DNA from: Pyrinomonadaceae bacterium
Lineage (GTDB): Bacteria; Acidobacteriota; Blastocatellia; Pyrinomonadales; Pyrinomonadaceae
Assembly: GCA_021463165.1 (NCBI GenBank)
Contig: JAJTWY010000011.1
Location: 4,072-68,071, forward strand
DNA: 64,000 nt
Direction of reading: 5' to 3'
Part shown: piece after piece, positions 1-9,434 of the stretch
Numbering within the stretch: position 1 is the stretch's first letter
How the letters are laid out: each line of letters starts with the position of its first letter
Program-made: the position numbers and the translations under genes
The notes under the pieces: generated by a model
Seen by the model: the letters and a program-made list of their open reading frames with translations, nothing else
The model's database searches: none
Told to the model about the DNA's origin: nothing

Positions 1-448
1 TGCCCTGCTTTCCCTCATCGGCATTATCAACGCCATAATGATGGCCGCACCTCGCATCATCTTTGCGTTGGGCCGCGATGGCTTATTCACGACCCGTGCC
101 TTGGACGTTAATAAGGGTGGAACTCCGTCGTTCGCCATGATCGTGACCGCTCTGTGCGCGATTATCCTCACGATCGTTGGGACATTCGAGATCCTGCTCG
201 CGATCGGACAGTTCCTGATCGTGTTCGTAATGATCCTGCTGGTCCTAGCACTGTTCGTTCTCCGCCGACGCGAGCCTGACGCCCCGCGGCCGTACCGAAC
301 CTGGGGCTACCCGTTCACACCGCTTCTTATGTTGATCTTTGCCGTCCTGATCTTCCTGGGTTACTGCGTCAGCAATCCGTTGCCAAGCGCCTTTGCTGCC
401 GGGGCTCTGGCCGTCAGCTACCCGATCTTTCGCCTCGTAAGACGATAA
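1..448 (+). CDS. amino acid permease (APC superfamily), C-terminal part; 5' end outside window
   Basis: The frame is open from the window edge. The translated tail has several hydrophobic TM-like segments and a basic C-terminus, as in APC-type transporters (FALGRDGLF..., RPYRTWGYP). Confidence 0.7.
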   Translation, partial: ALLSLIGIINAIMMAAPRIIFALGRDGLFTTRALDVNKGGTPSFAMIVTALCAIILTIVGTFEILLAIGQFLIVFVMILLVLALFVLRRREPDAPRPYRTWGYPFTPLLMLIFAVLIFLGYCVSNPLPSAFAAGALAVSYPIFRLVRR

Positions 449-557
449 CTGCGCATCCCGTTACTTGAACGAGCCCGGCGGCGTCGCCGGACGAAAAAGA
501 TGTGGGACAACGGAAGGGCCGTTTTTGTTATACTAAGGCTCCAGACGGAGGATCGCT

Positions 558-2057
558 ATGTTTATTCGCTTTGAATCGCCGCAAGTCAGTACGCGGAGAG
601 GTTTTGTCGCGCTCGCGGCCGTCCTGATCATGTCGCTATGGGCGCCTGGCCAGGCGACGACCAAGTCTTTCGCCGAGATCGCCAAGCGCGTCGAACCGGC
701 GGTGGTTAGTATCGACGCCAAGAGCAAGACCCCGCAGCTCGCGTCTCGCGGTACCACACCTCAAGGCGGTTCGGAGAACGAAGTGATGGATTTTTTGCGG
801 CGACAGATGCAACAAAAGCCGGTCCACGCCGTCGGGAGCGGGTTCATCGTCGATAAGACCGGTTACATCATTACCAATGCACATGTGGTCGAAGACACTT
901 CGCGAATAACGGTCAAACTGGATAGCGGCGAGGAGTTCACGGCCAAGGTGGTCGGGACTGACGAGCAAACTGACATTGCGGTGCTAAAGATCGAGGCCGG
1001 GCGGGACCTGCCGTTTGTAAAATTTGGCGATTCGGACAAAGCTGAGGTCGGTGATTGGGTGCTGGCGATCGGGTCGCCGTTTGGCCTGGCTAAGACCGTG
1101 ACTGCCGGCATCATCTCGCAGAAACAGCGTGAGACGCCATATTCAACTGCCTTTCAGCGGTTCATCCAGACAGACGCGGCGATCAATCGCGGGAATTCGG
1201 GCGGCCCGCTCGTCAACGCTGAGGGAGAAGTGATCGGGGTGAACTCACAGATCGCGACCTCAACGGGCGACTACAACGGCATTGGCTTTGCCCTGCCGGC
1301 GAAGGTCACTGTAGTTGTGCTGGACCAGATCATCAAGAATGGGAAAGTGCGCCGAGGCTATCTCGGGGCATACCTGGATTCTGTCAAGGCCGAGTTCGCA
1401 AAGGTCTATGGCCTAAAAGAGCCGAAAGGAGCGATCATTATCGATATTCGAGATCCGGCCAGCCCGGCCGCTACCGCGGGCCTGAAGATCGGCGATATAG
1501 TCGTCGATTTCAATGGCCAACAGGTCGAATCGGCACAGGACCTGATCAACAAGATCGCATTGACGCCTCCCGATCAGGCGGTTTCGATCGGATATCTGAG
1601 AGAGAATGGTGAAAAGCTGGACTCAAAGAACGTCACGATAAGACTCAGAGAACGCCCCTCGAATCGCATTGGCAGGGATGACAGCGGCGAGAGTGAACGC
1701 CGCGTGCTGCCCGTTGATGGCCAACGGGTTGACTCGAAGCCGTTCGGGATGACGCTGAGCGAACTGTCGCCGATGTTGGTTGATAGATATAAAACGGGAA
1801 CGCAAAAGGGGTTGATCGTCAGGGAGATCAATCCGACGAGTTTCATCGCAGACGTCAAGGACTCGTTAGGCGAGGAAGCGTTGACCGAGGGGGACCTGAT
1901 CCAACGCATTAACCGCATTCCTGTAAAGGACCTCAAGTCCTTCAATGAGACCGTTTCCAAATTGAAGGTCGGCGACCCTGTCGTACTGCATATCGCTTCA
2001 TACAATCCGCGGTCGCTAACACACGAAACCAAGATCGTGCAGTTCACTGTCAGATAA
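558..2057 (+). CDS. periplasmic serine endoprotease, HtrA/DegP/DegQ family (trypsin-like domain plus two PDZ domains)
   Basis: 499 aa with an N-terminal signal-like segment. Catalytic triad contexts are TNAHVV, DIAVLK and GNSGGPL. Two PDZ-like C-terminal regions are present (GLKIGDIVVDFNG, LTEGDLIQRINRIPV). Confidence 0.9.
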   Translation: MFIRFESPQVSTRRGFVALAAVLIMSLWAPGQATTKSFAEIAKRVEPAVVSIDAKSKTPQLASRGTTPQGGSENEVMDFLRRQMQQKPVHAVGSGFIVDKTGYIITNAHVVEDTSRITVKLDSGEEFTAKVVGTDEQTDIAVLKIEAGRDLPFVKFGDSDKAEVGDWVLAIGSPFGLAKTVTAGIISQKQRETPYSTAFQRFIQTDAAINRGNSGGPLVNAEGEVIGVNSQIATSTGDYNGIGFALPAKVTVVVLDQIIKNGKVRRGYLGAYLDSVKAEFAKVYGLKEPKGAIIIDIRDPASPAATAGLKIGDIVVDFNGQQVESAQDLINKIALTPPDQAVSIGYLRENGEKLDSKNVTIRLRERPSNRIGRDDSGESERRVLPVDGQRVDSKPFGMTLSELSPMLVDRYKTGTQKGLIVREINPTSFIADVKDSLGEEALTEGDLIQRINRIPVKDLKSFNETVSKLKVGDPVVLHIASYNPRSLTHETKIVQFTVR

Positions 2058-2066
2058 GAAGGATCG

Positions 2067-2167
2067 AAAGTTAAAGACTCAAGTTCCAAAGTTCGTTGTC
2101 CCATCTTTATTCCATTTTATGGAATTCTGGGCACCGGGACTTTGGACTTTCGGCTCTGGACTTTAAA
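2067..2167. repeat. roughly 100-nt imperfect palindrome in the degQ-like/aldehyde dehydrogenase spacer
   Basis: A perfect core TTCCAT-N3-ATGGAA lies at 2110-2124. Flanking imperfect arms are about 2083-2103 and 2129-2149. GGACTTT occurs three times on the right (2137, 2144, 2158). The near-complement AAAGTT/AAAGAC/AAAGTTC occurs on the left (2067, 2073, 2088). Confidence 0.6.
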
Positions 2168-2177
2168 CTAATGGTTT

Positions 2178-3683
2178 ATGGCTAAATCAGAGATCAAGAA
2201 ATATAAGAACTATATCGGTGGCGAATGGGTGAGCTCGTCCTCGAATCAGTGGTTTGAGAACGTAAATCCTGCAGATACGACGGATATAATCGGGCGTTTT
2301 CCGGCGTCGAATGCCGAGGATGTGGACGCAGCGGTCGCGGCGGCAAAGGACGCGGCGACGCGCTGGCGAAGGACGCCTGCTCCAAAGCGGGCTGAACTGC
2401 TTTTCCGCTTAGCCCATATCCTCGAAAAGGGCAAAGATGCGTTCACGCAGCAGATGACGCGCGAAATGGGCAAGGTGCTCAAGGAGGCGGGCGGCGACGT
2501 TCAGGAGGCGATCGATTGTACGTACTACACCGCCGGCGAAGGGCGCCGTCTTCACGGTTTTACGACCCCGGCCGAGATGCCGAACAAATTTGCGATGTGC
2601 GTCCGCCAGCCGGTGGGGCTGTGCGGGCTTATCACGCCGTTCAACTTCCCGATGGCGATACCGTCATGGAAGTTGATCCCGGCCCTCGTCTGCGGCAATA
2701 CAGTGGTCCTAAAGTCCGGCGAGGACGTGCCGCTATCGTCGCTGAACTTGATCAAAGCATGTGAGGAGGCAGGAATCCCGAAAGGCGTTGTGAACCTTGT
2801 GAATGGATTTGCCGAGCCCGGGGCGGCTCTCGTCGAGCACCACGACGTACGTCTGATCTCTTTCACGGGCTCGACCACTACGGGCCGCATCATCGCCGAG
2901 CGATGTGCCCACGACAACAAGATCGTGAGCCTTGAAATGGGCGGAAAGAACGCCATCATCGTGATGGATGATGCGGATGTCGATAACGCCGTCGAAGGCT
3001 CGCTGTGGGGAGCCTTTGGCACGAGCGGCCAGCGATGCACGGCCTCGTCAAGGCTGGTAATTCATAAGAAGATCTACAAGAAATTCTGTGAAAAACTCGT
3101 CGAGAGGGCCAAGAAGCTCAAGGTCGGCAACGGCCTCGATCCGAAGACAGAAGTAGGGCCGGTGATCCACGAGGACGCGATGCAGAAGATACTCGGCTAT
3201 ATCCACATCGGTAAGGAGATCGACAAGGCAACCCTCGCGTGCGGCGGAAATCGGCTTACCCGCGGTGATCTCAAGAAGGGCTGGTTCGTCGAACCGACCG
3301 TTTTCACCGATGTAAAACGCGGCATGCGGATTGAGCAGGAAGAGATATTTGGGCCGGTGACGAGCGTCATTCCATTCTCGACGCTCGACGAGGCCATCGA
3401 CATCGTAAATGGTGTTAACTACGGCCTCTCAAGCGCGATCTACACGCAGGATGTGAACAACGCCTTTTACGCGATGCAGGAGCTCTACACCGGCATTTGC
3501 TATGTGAACTCGGCGACCATCGGAGCGGAAGTTCACCTGCCTTTCGGCGGAACAAAAGGAACCGGTAACGGCCACCGCGAGGCGGGAACTCAGGTTCTCG
3601 ACATTTTCAGCGAGTGGAAAGCTCTCTACGTTGACTACAGCGGCAAGCTGCAGAAGGCGCAGATCGATGCTGTTGAGATATAA
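2178..3683 (+). CDS. NAD(P)-dependent aldehyde dehydrogenase family protein
   Basis: 501 aa with ALDH hallmarks: [24 protein letters not shown], catalytic Cys in [10 protein letters not shown], and EEIFGPV. Confidence 0.9.
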   Translation: MAKSEIKKYKNYIGGEWVSSSSNQWFENVNPADTTDIIGRFPASNAEDVDAAVAAAKDAATRWRRTPAPKRAELLFRLAHILEKGKDAFTQQMTREMGKVLKEAGGDVQEAIDCTYYTAGEGRRLHGFTTPAEMPNKFAMCVRQPVGLCGLITPFNFPMAIPSWKLIPALVCGNTVVLKSGEDVPLSSLNLIKACEEAGIPKGVVNLVNGFAEPGAALVEHHDVRLISFTGSTTTGRIIAERCAHDNKIVSLEMGGKNAIIVMDDADVDNAVEGSLWGAFGTSGQRCTASSRLVIHKKIYKKFCEKLVERAKKLKVGNGLDPKTEVGPVIHEDAMQKILGYIHIGKEIDKATLACGGNRLTRGDLKKGWFVEPTVFTDVKRGMRIEQEEIFGPVTSVIPFSTLDEAIDIVNGVNYGLSSAIYTQDVNNAFYAMQELYTGICYVNSATIGAEVHLPFGGTKGTGNGHREAGTQVLDIFSEWKALYVDYSGKLQKAQIDAVEI

Positions 3684-3704
3684 AGGGACGTAACCACGCA
3701 GACG

Positions 3705-3746
3705 AAAAAGGCTCGGATCCGAATGTCGATCCGAGCCCTTTTTATT
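3705..3746. terminator. bidirectional Rho-independent terminator between convergent aldehyde dehydrogenase and glutathione peroxidase genes
   Basis: A 10-bp perfect stem pairs GGCTCGGATC (3710-3719) with GATCCGAGCC (3728-3737) around an 8-nt loop. An A-run lies upstream and CTTTTTATT downstream. Confidence 0.75.
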
Positions 3747-3767
3747 CGATATGCCGCCTTTTCCGGC

Positions 3768-4316
3768 CTAACCCGCCAGATCGGCTTCGATCTTTGCCAT
3801 CAGGCGTTCGTCATCAGGTGTGACATCCGGTGCGAACCGTGCGACGACCTTGCCATTTCTGCCGACGAGGAATTTCTCAAAATTCCAAAGAACATCGGTC
3901 GGATCGACGCGCGTGTGGCCGAAGTTTCGTAGGCGTCCTTCCATGCCATCGCCGTTATTCACATTCGTTTCGGGATGGGCGCCGATCAAAGTTGCGTAGA
4001 GCGGGTGTCGATCTTCGAGAATACCTACTTTTGCGAACATCGGAAACTGGACATTGTAGTTGGCTGAGCAGAACTCCATGATCTCCTCTTCGGTGCCGGG
4101 TTCCTGGCCTTTGAAGTCGTTCGATGGGAAGCCCAGGATCTCAAAACCCTGGTCGCGATATTTCTCGTAAAGCTTTTCCAGGCCTTCATACTGCGGCGTC
4201 AGCCCGCATTTCGAAGCCACGTTAACAAACAGAAGGGTCTTGCCCTTGTATCCGCTCAGGTTGGTTTCCCGCCCATCGATCGTTTTTACAGGTATCTCAA
4301 AAAGTTTATTTGCCAT
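3768..4316 (-). CDS. glutathione peroxidase
   Basis: 182 aa. The active-site context is NVASKCGLTPQY. FPSNDF/GQEPG and WNFEKFLV motifs are typical of the GPx family. Confidence 0.9.
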   Translation of the reverse strand: MANKLFEIPVKTIDGRETNLSGYKGKTLLFVNVASKCGLTPQYEGLEKLYEKYRDQGFEILGFPSNDFKGQEPGTEEEIMEFCSANYNVQFPMFAKVGILEDRHPLYATLIGAHPETNVNNGDGMEGRLRNFGHTRVDPTDVLWNFEKFLVGRNGKVVARFAPDVTPDDERLMAKIEADLAG

Positions 4317-4518
4317 AAGTTTTTCCCTTGGTTAGATTTTCGCCAAACCAAGTGTTTTCTTCAAACCTGGCTGGCGGATTCGCCAACGACGCAGCTCAGC
4401 GATCAAAGCGCGATCAAGTTGTCGCGGAAGACCGGAATGGCGCTTAACAATTTGGACCGAAAAGAGTAATATTCATAGTTTGTCCTAATTGAAATAAAAA
4501 TATCCGGAGAAATTATTT

Positions 4519-5649
4519 ATGAAGATCGGTCTTCCGAAGGAGATCAAAGATAACGAATACCGCGTCGGTCTGACGCCGGCGGGGGTTCAGGCACTGGAAA
4601 ACGCGGGACACGAAGTTTTCGTTCAGAAAACTGCGGGCGAAGGCTCGGGTTTCAAGGACGAACAATACATCAAAGCCGGGGCCCAAATGCTCGACACGGC
4701 CGATGAAGTGTGGGAAGCAGGCGATATGATCGTCAAGGTGAAGGAACCTGTCGCCCCGGAATATCCGCGTATGCGCGAGGATCAGCTGCTCTTCACATAC
4801 CTTCATCTTGCACCCGAGCTTGAGCTGACAAAGCAGATGATGGAACGAAGAGTAACCGGCGTAGCTTACGAGACCATCACCGCGGGACGCCGTCTGCCAC
4901 TGCTTATTCCGATGTCGGAAGTTGCCGGTCGAATGTCTGTGCAGGTCGGTGCCACCTATCTGGAAAAAATGAATGGCGGGAAGGGAATCCTGCTCGGCGG
5001 CGTTCCCGGCGTTCCTGCCGCTAACGTCGTCATCATCGGCGGTGGGATCGTCGGTACCGAAGCTGCGAAGATGGCGGTCGGTTTAGGCGCAAAGGTCACG
5101 ATCATTGACCGCGATCTCGATCGCCTCCGTCAGCTCGACGATATATTCCTCTCGAAGGTCCAGACGCTTGCTTCGTCGCGTTATCAGATCGAAGAAGCTA
5201 TTTCCCACGCCGATCTCGTGATCGGTGCGGTTCTGGTCGTCGGAGCCGCTGCGCCGAAACTCGTCACGCGCGATATGCTTCATCTGCTTCCGCAAGGCTC
5301 CGTCCTTGTTGACGTGGCGGTGGACCAAGGCGGCTGCTTCGAGACGACGCACGCCACGACCCATTCAAATCCGACGTATTACGAAGAAGGCGTGCTTCAC
5401 TACTGCGTCGCAAATATGCCGGGTGCGGTGCCGCGAACGTCCACGTTCGCATTGACCAATGCTACGCTGCCGTATGCACTTGCTCTCGCGAACAAGGGTT
5501 TCGAAAGGGCGATCCGCGAGGATGCCGGACTTTGCGAAGGCGTGAACACATACGCCGGCAAGTGTACGTACGAAGCGGTTGCGACGTCGCAGAACATCGA
5601 GTACACTCCGCTCGACACCTTGATCGATCTAAAGGCCGAGGCTGCCTAG
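4519..5649 (+). CDS. ald: alanine dehydrogenase
   Basis: 376 aa. The N-terminus [23 protein letters not shown] and the Rossmann motif [13 protein letters not shown] match the AlaDH/PNT family. Confidence 0.92.
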   Translation: MKIGLPKEIKDNEYRVGLTPAGVQALENAGHEVFVQKTAGEGSGFKDEQYIKAGAQMLDTADEVWEAGDMIVKVKEPVAPEYPRMREDQLLFTYLHLAPELELTKQMMERRVTGVAYETITAGRRLPLLIPMSEVAGRMSVQVGATYLEKMNGGKGILLGGVPGVPAANVVIIGGGIVGTEAAKMAVGLGAKVTIIDRDLDRLRQLDDIFLSKVQTLASSRYQIEEAISHADLVIGAVLVVGAAAPKLVTRDMLHLLPQGSVLVDVAVDQGGCFETTHATTHSNPTYYEEGVLHYCVANMPGAVPRTSTFALTNATLPYALALANKGFERAIREDAGLCEGVNTYAGKCTYEAVATSQNIEYTPLDTLIDLKAEAA

Positions 5650-5667
5650 AAGAGCGGTGGCATCTTT

Positions 5668-5740
5668 GCCACGAATGGCTCAAATATCACGAATGATCCT
5701 TTGCTCGTGCTATTCGCGCCATTCGTGGCTAAACTATTTT
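5668..5740 (+). terminator. long-loop hairpin plus T-run downstream of ald (terminator-like)
   Basis: A 12/12 inverted repeat pairs GCCACGAATGGC (5668-5679) with GCCATTCGTGGC (5718-5729). The 38-nt loop contains a second CACGAAT/ATTCGCG pair. TAAACTATTTTT follows. Confidence 0.4.
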
Positions 5741-5744
5741 TGGA

Positions 5745-7178
5745 ATGTATGAATTTGCGGTAACACCTGCGGTAACTCAGCTTAGGCGGCCGGGCGTGAT
5801 CATCACGGAGGTCGTGCCGGGCTCGGTAGGCTACTTACTGGAACTGCAGCCGAATGACCGCATCGTCAAGGTGAATGGCCGCTCGGTTCGTGACTATCTC
5901 GATTTTCGATTTCAAACTTCTGGCGAGACCGAGCTTACCTTCCTCGTAAAAAAAACGAACGGCGATACTGAAGAGATCGAATTTGACCGCGAGGAAGGCG
6001 AGGACTTCGGCCTTACGTTCGAGCAGATCGTACCCCGTCAATGTGCGAACGAATGTCTGTTCTGCTTCTGCAAAGGCAATCCTGAGGACGCGAGGCCCTC
6101 GCTGTTTGTTCGTGACGAGGATATTCGCCTTTCGTTCCTTTACGGAAATTACACCACGCTCTCGTCAATCACTGATGACGAGATGAATCGAATCATCGAA
6201 CAGCGGTTGTCGCCGCAGTATGTCTCGGTGCACACGACTGACCTGAGGACCCGGGCCTATCTTCTGGGTGTGGATGAAAAGCGAGCCGATATTTTCGATA
6301 AGTTCCAGCGGCTGCTCGACAACGACATCGAGATACACGCGCAGATCGTTCTCTGCCCGGAGATAAACGATGGTCCGGTCCTTGAAAAAACACTTCGCGA
6401 CCTCGCTGCGAAACACCCTAAAGTGATCTCTGCCGCTATTGTTCCAGTGGCTTTAACTCGATACAACACAGACGAGAGGTTGACCCGGGTCACGTCCGAA
6501 TTCTGCCGGCGCACTATCAAGCAGGTCGAAAAGCTCCAGAAGGAATTTCGCAAAACTCTCGGTGTGACGTTCGCGTTCATGGGTGACGAGATATATCTCA
6601 AGGGCGGCGTCGAGATACCTTCGAGGAAGCATTATGGCAACTATCCTCAGATCGAGGATGGCGTAGGAATGGTTCGGGCATTTGTGGCCAAGTTCGAACG
6701 ATCGCTGTCGGCTCCTGACCGGAACCGGGGGGCCTTGACAGGGCAAAAGCGAGCCTCTGATCGACGCACGCACATGGCTGCGACGGTCCCTCCGACATTT
6801 GCCAAAACCTATAGCAGCGTTACTGATGCCGTCACTGATCCCGCCTTTGGGACTATACTTACGGGCGAAATGTTCGCACCGATCCTTCGCGAACAGATCG
6901 ATAAGCTAAACGCCTTGAAAGGAACACGGCTCACCGTTCTTGCCGTTCCCAATATCTACTTTGGCGGCGACGTAGCGGTCGCCGGCCTCCTTTCAGGCCG
7001 GTGCCTGCTTGCGATGAAAGATAAGATCGTCGGAGATTTTGCCACTTTCCCCAAGGTCTGCATCAAATCGGACCAACCCATTCTCATCGACGGGATGTCA
7101 TTTGCGGATCTGGAGCGGAAGTTTCCTGTTCCAATTATTCCAGTGGATCTCGACAGCCTGATGCAGATCGTTCGATAG
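5745..7178 (+). CDS. DUF512-type radical-SAM-like protein with N-terminal PDZ domain
   Basis: 477 aa with a PDZ-like N-terminus (ITEVVPGSVGYLLELQPNDRIVKVNG). It has the Cys cluster CANECLFCFC, followed by the FLYGNYTTLS region typical of DUF512 proteins. Confidence 0.7.
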   Translation: MYEFAVTPAVTQLRRPGVIITEVVPGSVGYLLELQPNDRIVKVNGRSVRDYLDFRFQTSGETELTFLVKKTNGDTEEIEFDREEGEDFGLTFEQIVPRQCANECLFCFCKGNPEDARPSLFVRDEDIRLSFLYGNYTTLSSITDDEMNRIIEQRLSPQYVSVHTTDLRTRAYLLGVDEKRADIFDKFQRLLDNDIEIHAQIVLCPEINDGPVLEKTLRDLAAKHPKVISAAIVPVALTRYNTDERLTRVTSEFCRRTIKQVEKLQKEFRKTLGVTFAFMGDEIYLKGGVEIPSRKHYGNYPQIEDGVGMVRAFVAKFERSLSAPDRNRGALTGQKRASDRRTHMAATVPPTFAKTYSSVTDAVTDPAFGTILTGEMFAPILREQIDKLNALKGTRLTVLAVPNIYFGGDVAVAGLLSGRCLLAMKDKIVGDFATFPKVCIKSDQPILIDGMSFADLERKFPVPIIPVDLDSLMQIVR

Positions 7179-7221
7179 ACCGATGCGGGGGGCGAAAATG
7201 GCGGCCTAACGTCCTTCTTAC

Positions 7222-7248
7222 AAAAAAAGGCGGGCATCGCTGCCCGCC
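7222..7248 (-). terminator. Rho-independent terminator after the TonB pair
   Basis: The stem pairs GGCGGGCA with TGCCCGCC (7229-7236 / 7241-7248) around a 4-nt loop. On the minus strand it is followed by TTTTTTT. Confidence 0.7.
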
Positions 7249-7275
7249 AAGCGGAGTTTGAACATGTTCATGCTC

Positions 7276-8112
7276 TTAGGAGAAGTGATAGTTGATGATC
7301 CCTGATGCCTTTACCGGTTCGCCGGAAAGGAGCGTAGGAATGAATTTGGCCTGCCGGGCCGCAGCCTCGGATGAGGCTCGCAGCAGCTGGTTGCCCGAGA
7401 CCGCATTTGCTGAAAGAACGTTTCCATTTTCGTCGATCAAAACCTGAACAGTCACCGTTCCCTGTACATTTGCTACCTTGGCGGCCGAAGGTACTGACGG
7501 CATCGGGAGGTTAGTTGCCCTACCGTTGACTACGCCCAGCGAGCGGACGACCGGCTTTTCTACGACCTTCTTTGGCGGTGGTGGCGGCTCTTCGTCTTCT
7601 TTTCCGACGGTGGCTGCGACTGTACTGGTCGATAGTCCGTCGATCCCGGTGCCGTTGCCGCCCGGGCCGCGTCCGGATTGTCCGGTGCTGCCGGCGTCGT
7701 TATCGAAGTCGCCGATCCTGAAAAACCTGTCTGACGGGCGAGCCTTCTGTGTCGAAGCGACCGTTGAAACTGTTGTCGGAACAGCGGTAGGCGATTCGTC
7801 GATGCGTGCGATATTGGCCTGACGCGTGGTCATTACCGGTGCTGCTTCAGGGCCCGGTTTGGGTTTTGCCTCCGGCTTCGGAGCGGTCTCCATTTCAGGA
7901 AGCGGTTTCTTTTCATCCGGTGTATCCACCGGTGCGATCAGCTCGACCATGTCCATATCATTCAGGTCGAGGTCGAGATTTATTGCAAAAAGACTAAATA
8001 CCAGGGCAGCTGACAAAGCTATGAAAATAAAAGCTGCAGTAACGACAAAGTAGGAACCCCGATTCGATCCTCCCGTTGCCTCATGCTGTGTTTCGATCAA
8101 TTCTTCAAACAT
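7276..8112 (-). CDS. TonB family energy transducer (paralog 1)
   Basis: It has an N-terminal TM helix, a Pro/Glu/Lys-rich linker (EEPPPPPKK) and a C-terminal TonB_C-like domain (GTVTVQVLIDENGNV...A.FIPT..SGEPVK). I prefer the ATG at 8112, which is preceded by GGAGG. The ORF track extends the frame to 8199. Confidence 0.75.
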   Translation of the reverse strand: MFEELIETQHEATGGSNRGSYFVVTAAFIFIALSAALVFSLFAINLDLDLNDMDMVELIAPVDTPDEKKPLPEMETAPKPEAKPKPGPEAAPVMTTRQANIARIDESPTAVPTTVSTVASTQKARPSDRFFRIGDFDNDAGSTGQSGRGPGGNGTGIDGLSTSTVAATVGKEDEEPPPPPKKVVEKPVVRSLGVVNGRATNLPMPSVPSAAKVANVQGTVTVQVLIDENGNVLSANAVSGNQLLRASSEAAARQAKFIPTLLSGEPVKASGIINYHFS

Positions 8113-8204
8113 TATTATTCCTCCGTGGGTCAATAACCCGATATGACAATATGAGTTTACGGTAGGAACTGCCTCACGAATGCAAAGTTTTGCAAGCAAA
8201 CGTA

Positions 8205-8226
8205 GGGCCGCATCTGGGTGCGGCCC
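8205..8226 (-). terminator. hairpin between the two TonB paralogs
   Basis: An 8-bp GC stem pairs GGGCCGCA with TGCGGCCC around a 6-nt loop. The T-tract on the minus strand is weak, so this may attenuate rather than terminate. Confidence 0.35.
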
Positions 8227-8256
8227 GGCAAATGTAAAGAAGTCTAAATTCCGGTA

Positions 8257-9141
8257 TTATCCGGTGAAATTGTAAATGATGGTCCCGCTGACCTTGATCG
8301 GTTCACCCGAGAGTTTGGTCGGTGTAAACCGGGACTTTCGGGCGGCGTTTTCGGCCGATGCCCTCAAAAGCGGGTGGCCCGACACGGCATCCGCCGAGAC
8401 AACATTTCCAAACTCGTCGATGAGGACGCGAACGCTGACCTGGCCTTTTGCATGGACCGCTTTGGCGGCCGACGAATAGACCGGCAGCGGCAGACTCATT
8501 GCCTGGCCATTGATCACTCCCATCGACCTGACGACCGGAGCCTTCGGCGTGGAAGGCGGATCTTTCTTGATCGGAGGCGGAGGTGGCTCCTCTTCAACCG
8601 CTTTGGCCACGGGTTCCGTCGCCGGGGTCAGGCCCGTTGCCGTGCCGGCCGTTGCTGTACCACTCGCCCGACGCCCCGATGTCTCGCCACCGACAGGATC
8701 AGAGTCGAATTTGCCCACCTCGAAGTATCCCGTTCTCGGTCGTTCTTTCTGCGTATTCCGAACTGTTGAAACCGCGGGCGGTGCCTCGCGAGGCGACTCG
8801 TCCACTCGGGCAATCACGGCTTGTCGCATTGGCAGTTTTGCCGCTGGTGCCGGCGCCGTTTGTGTCTGCTGCCGCTGCGGAGCAGGCTCAGTCGGGGTTG
8901 GCGCATCCGGTGGCGGTTCAACCGGGCTGAGCAGTTCTGTCAATTCAAACCGCTCTGTGCCGAGATCAAGATGCACGGCGAATAGGCTTGCGATAAGGGC
9001 CGCAGAAAGGCCTATAAACAAGACGAGTGAGGACGCCAGAAAGTAGGCCCTGCGATCTTTTATCTGGGCCGATTTGGGTTCAGTAAGTACCAATCGATCA
9101 AACATTTCAATAACCTCGGGAGCGGTCATGCCGTCCGTCAT
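8257..9141 (-). CDS. TonB family energy transducer (paralog 2)
   Basis: Same architecture as the 7276-8112 gene, with many shared blocks (RQA.IAR.DESP, EEPPPPP, GQVSVRVLIDEFGNV, SGEPIKV). The true start may be the internal Met at 9105 (MFDRLVLTEP, parallel to MFEELIETQ of paralog 1). Confidence 0.75.
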   Translation of the reverse strand: MTDGMTAPEVIEMFDRLVLTEPKSAQIKDRRAYFLASSLVLFIGLSAALIASLFAVHLDLGTERFELTELLSPVEPPPDAPTPTEPAPQRQQTQTAPAPAAKLPMRQAVIARVDESPREAPPAVSTVRNTQKERPRTGYFEVGKFDSDPVGGETSGRRASGTATAGTATGLTPATEPVAKAVEEEPPPPPIKKDPPSTPKAPVVRSMGVINGQAMSLPLPVYSSAAKAVHAKGQVSVRVLIDEFGNVVSADAVSGHPLLRASAENAARKSRFTPTKLSGEPIKVSGTIIYNFTG

Positions 9142-9434
9142 ATATTAGAAGAACTGATGGTGACTATCGGTTGCACTAATAATGCAACCTTCATTAAGGC
9201 TGTGACGGGAGCGGGCCGATATGCCGATCCACCGGCCCGCCGGATAAGGTGAGGTTATCTGAGGAAACTGATCTGTCTAACATTGAGTTGCTCCTTGAGC
9301 GGCGGTGCCGGCCGCTCTCAGTTAGACACCGGTTGGACGGATTTGTTCCGAAGACAAGAGAGGCGGAAACGGAAAACGAGCGTTGGGTCGCAAAGCAGGA
9401 AGGAAGGCCGCAAACCAGAATGACCGATCTTGAA

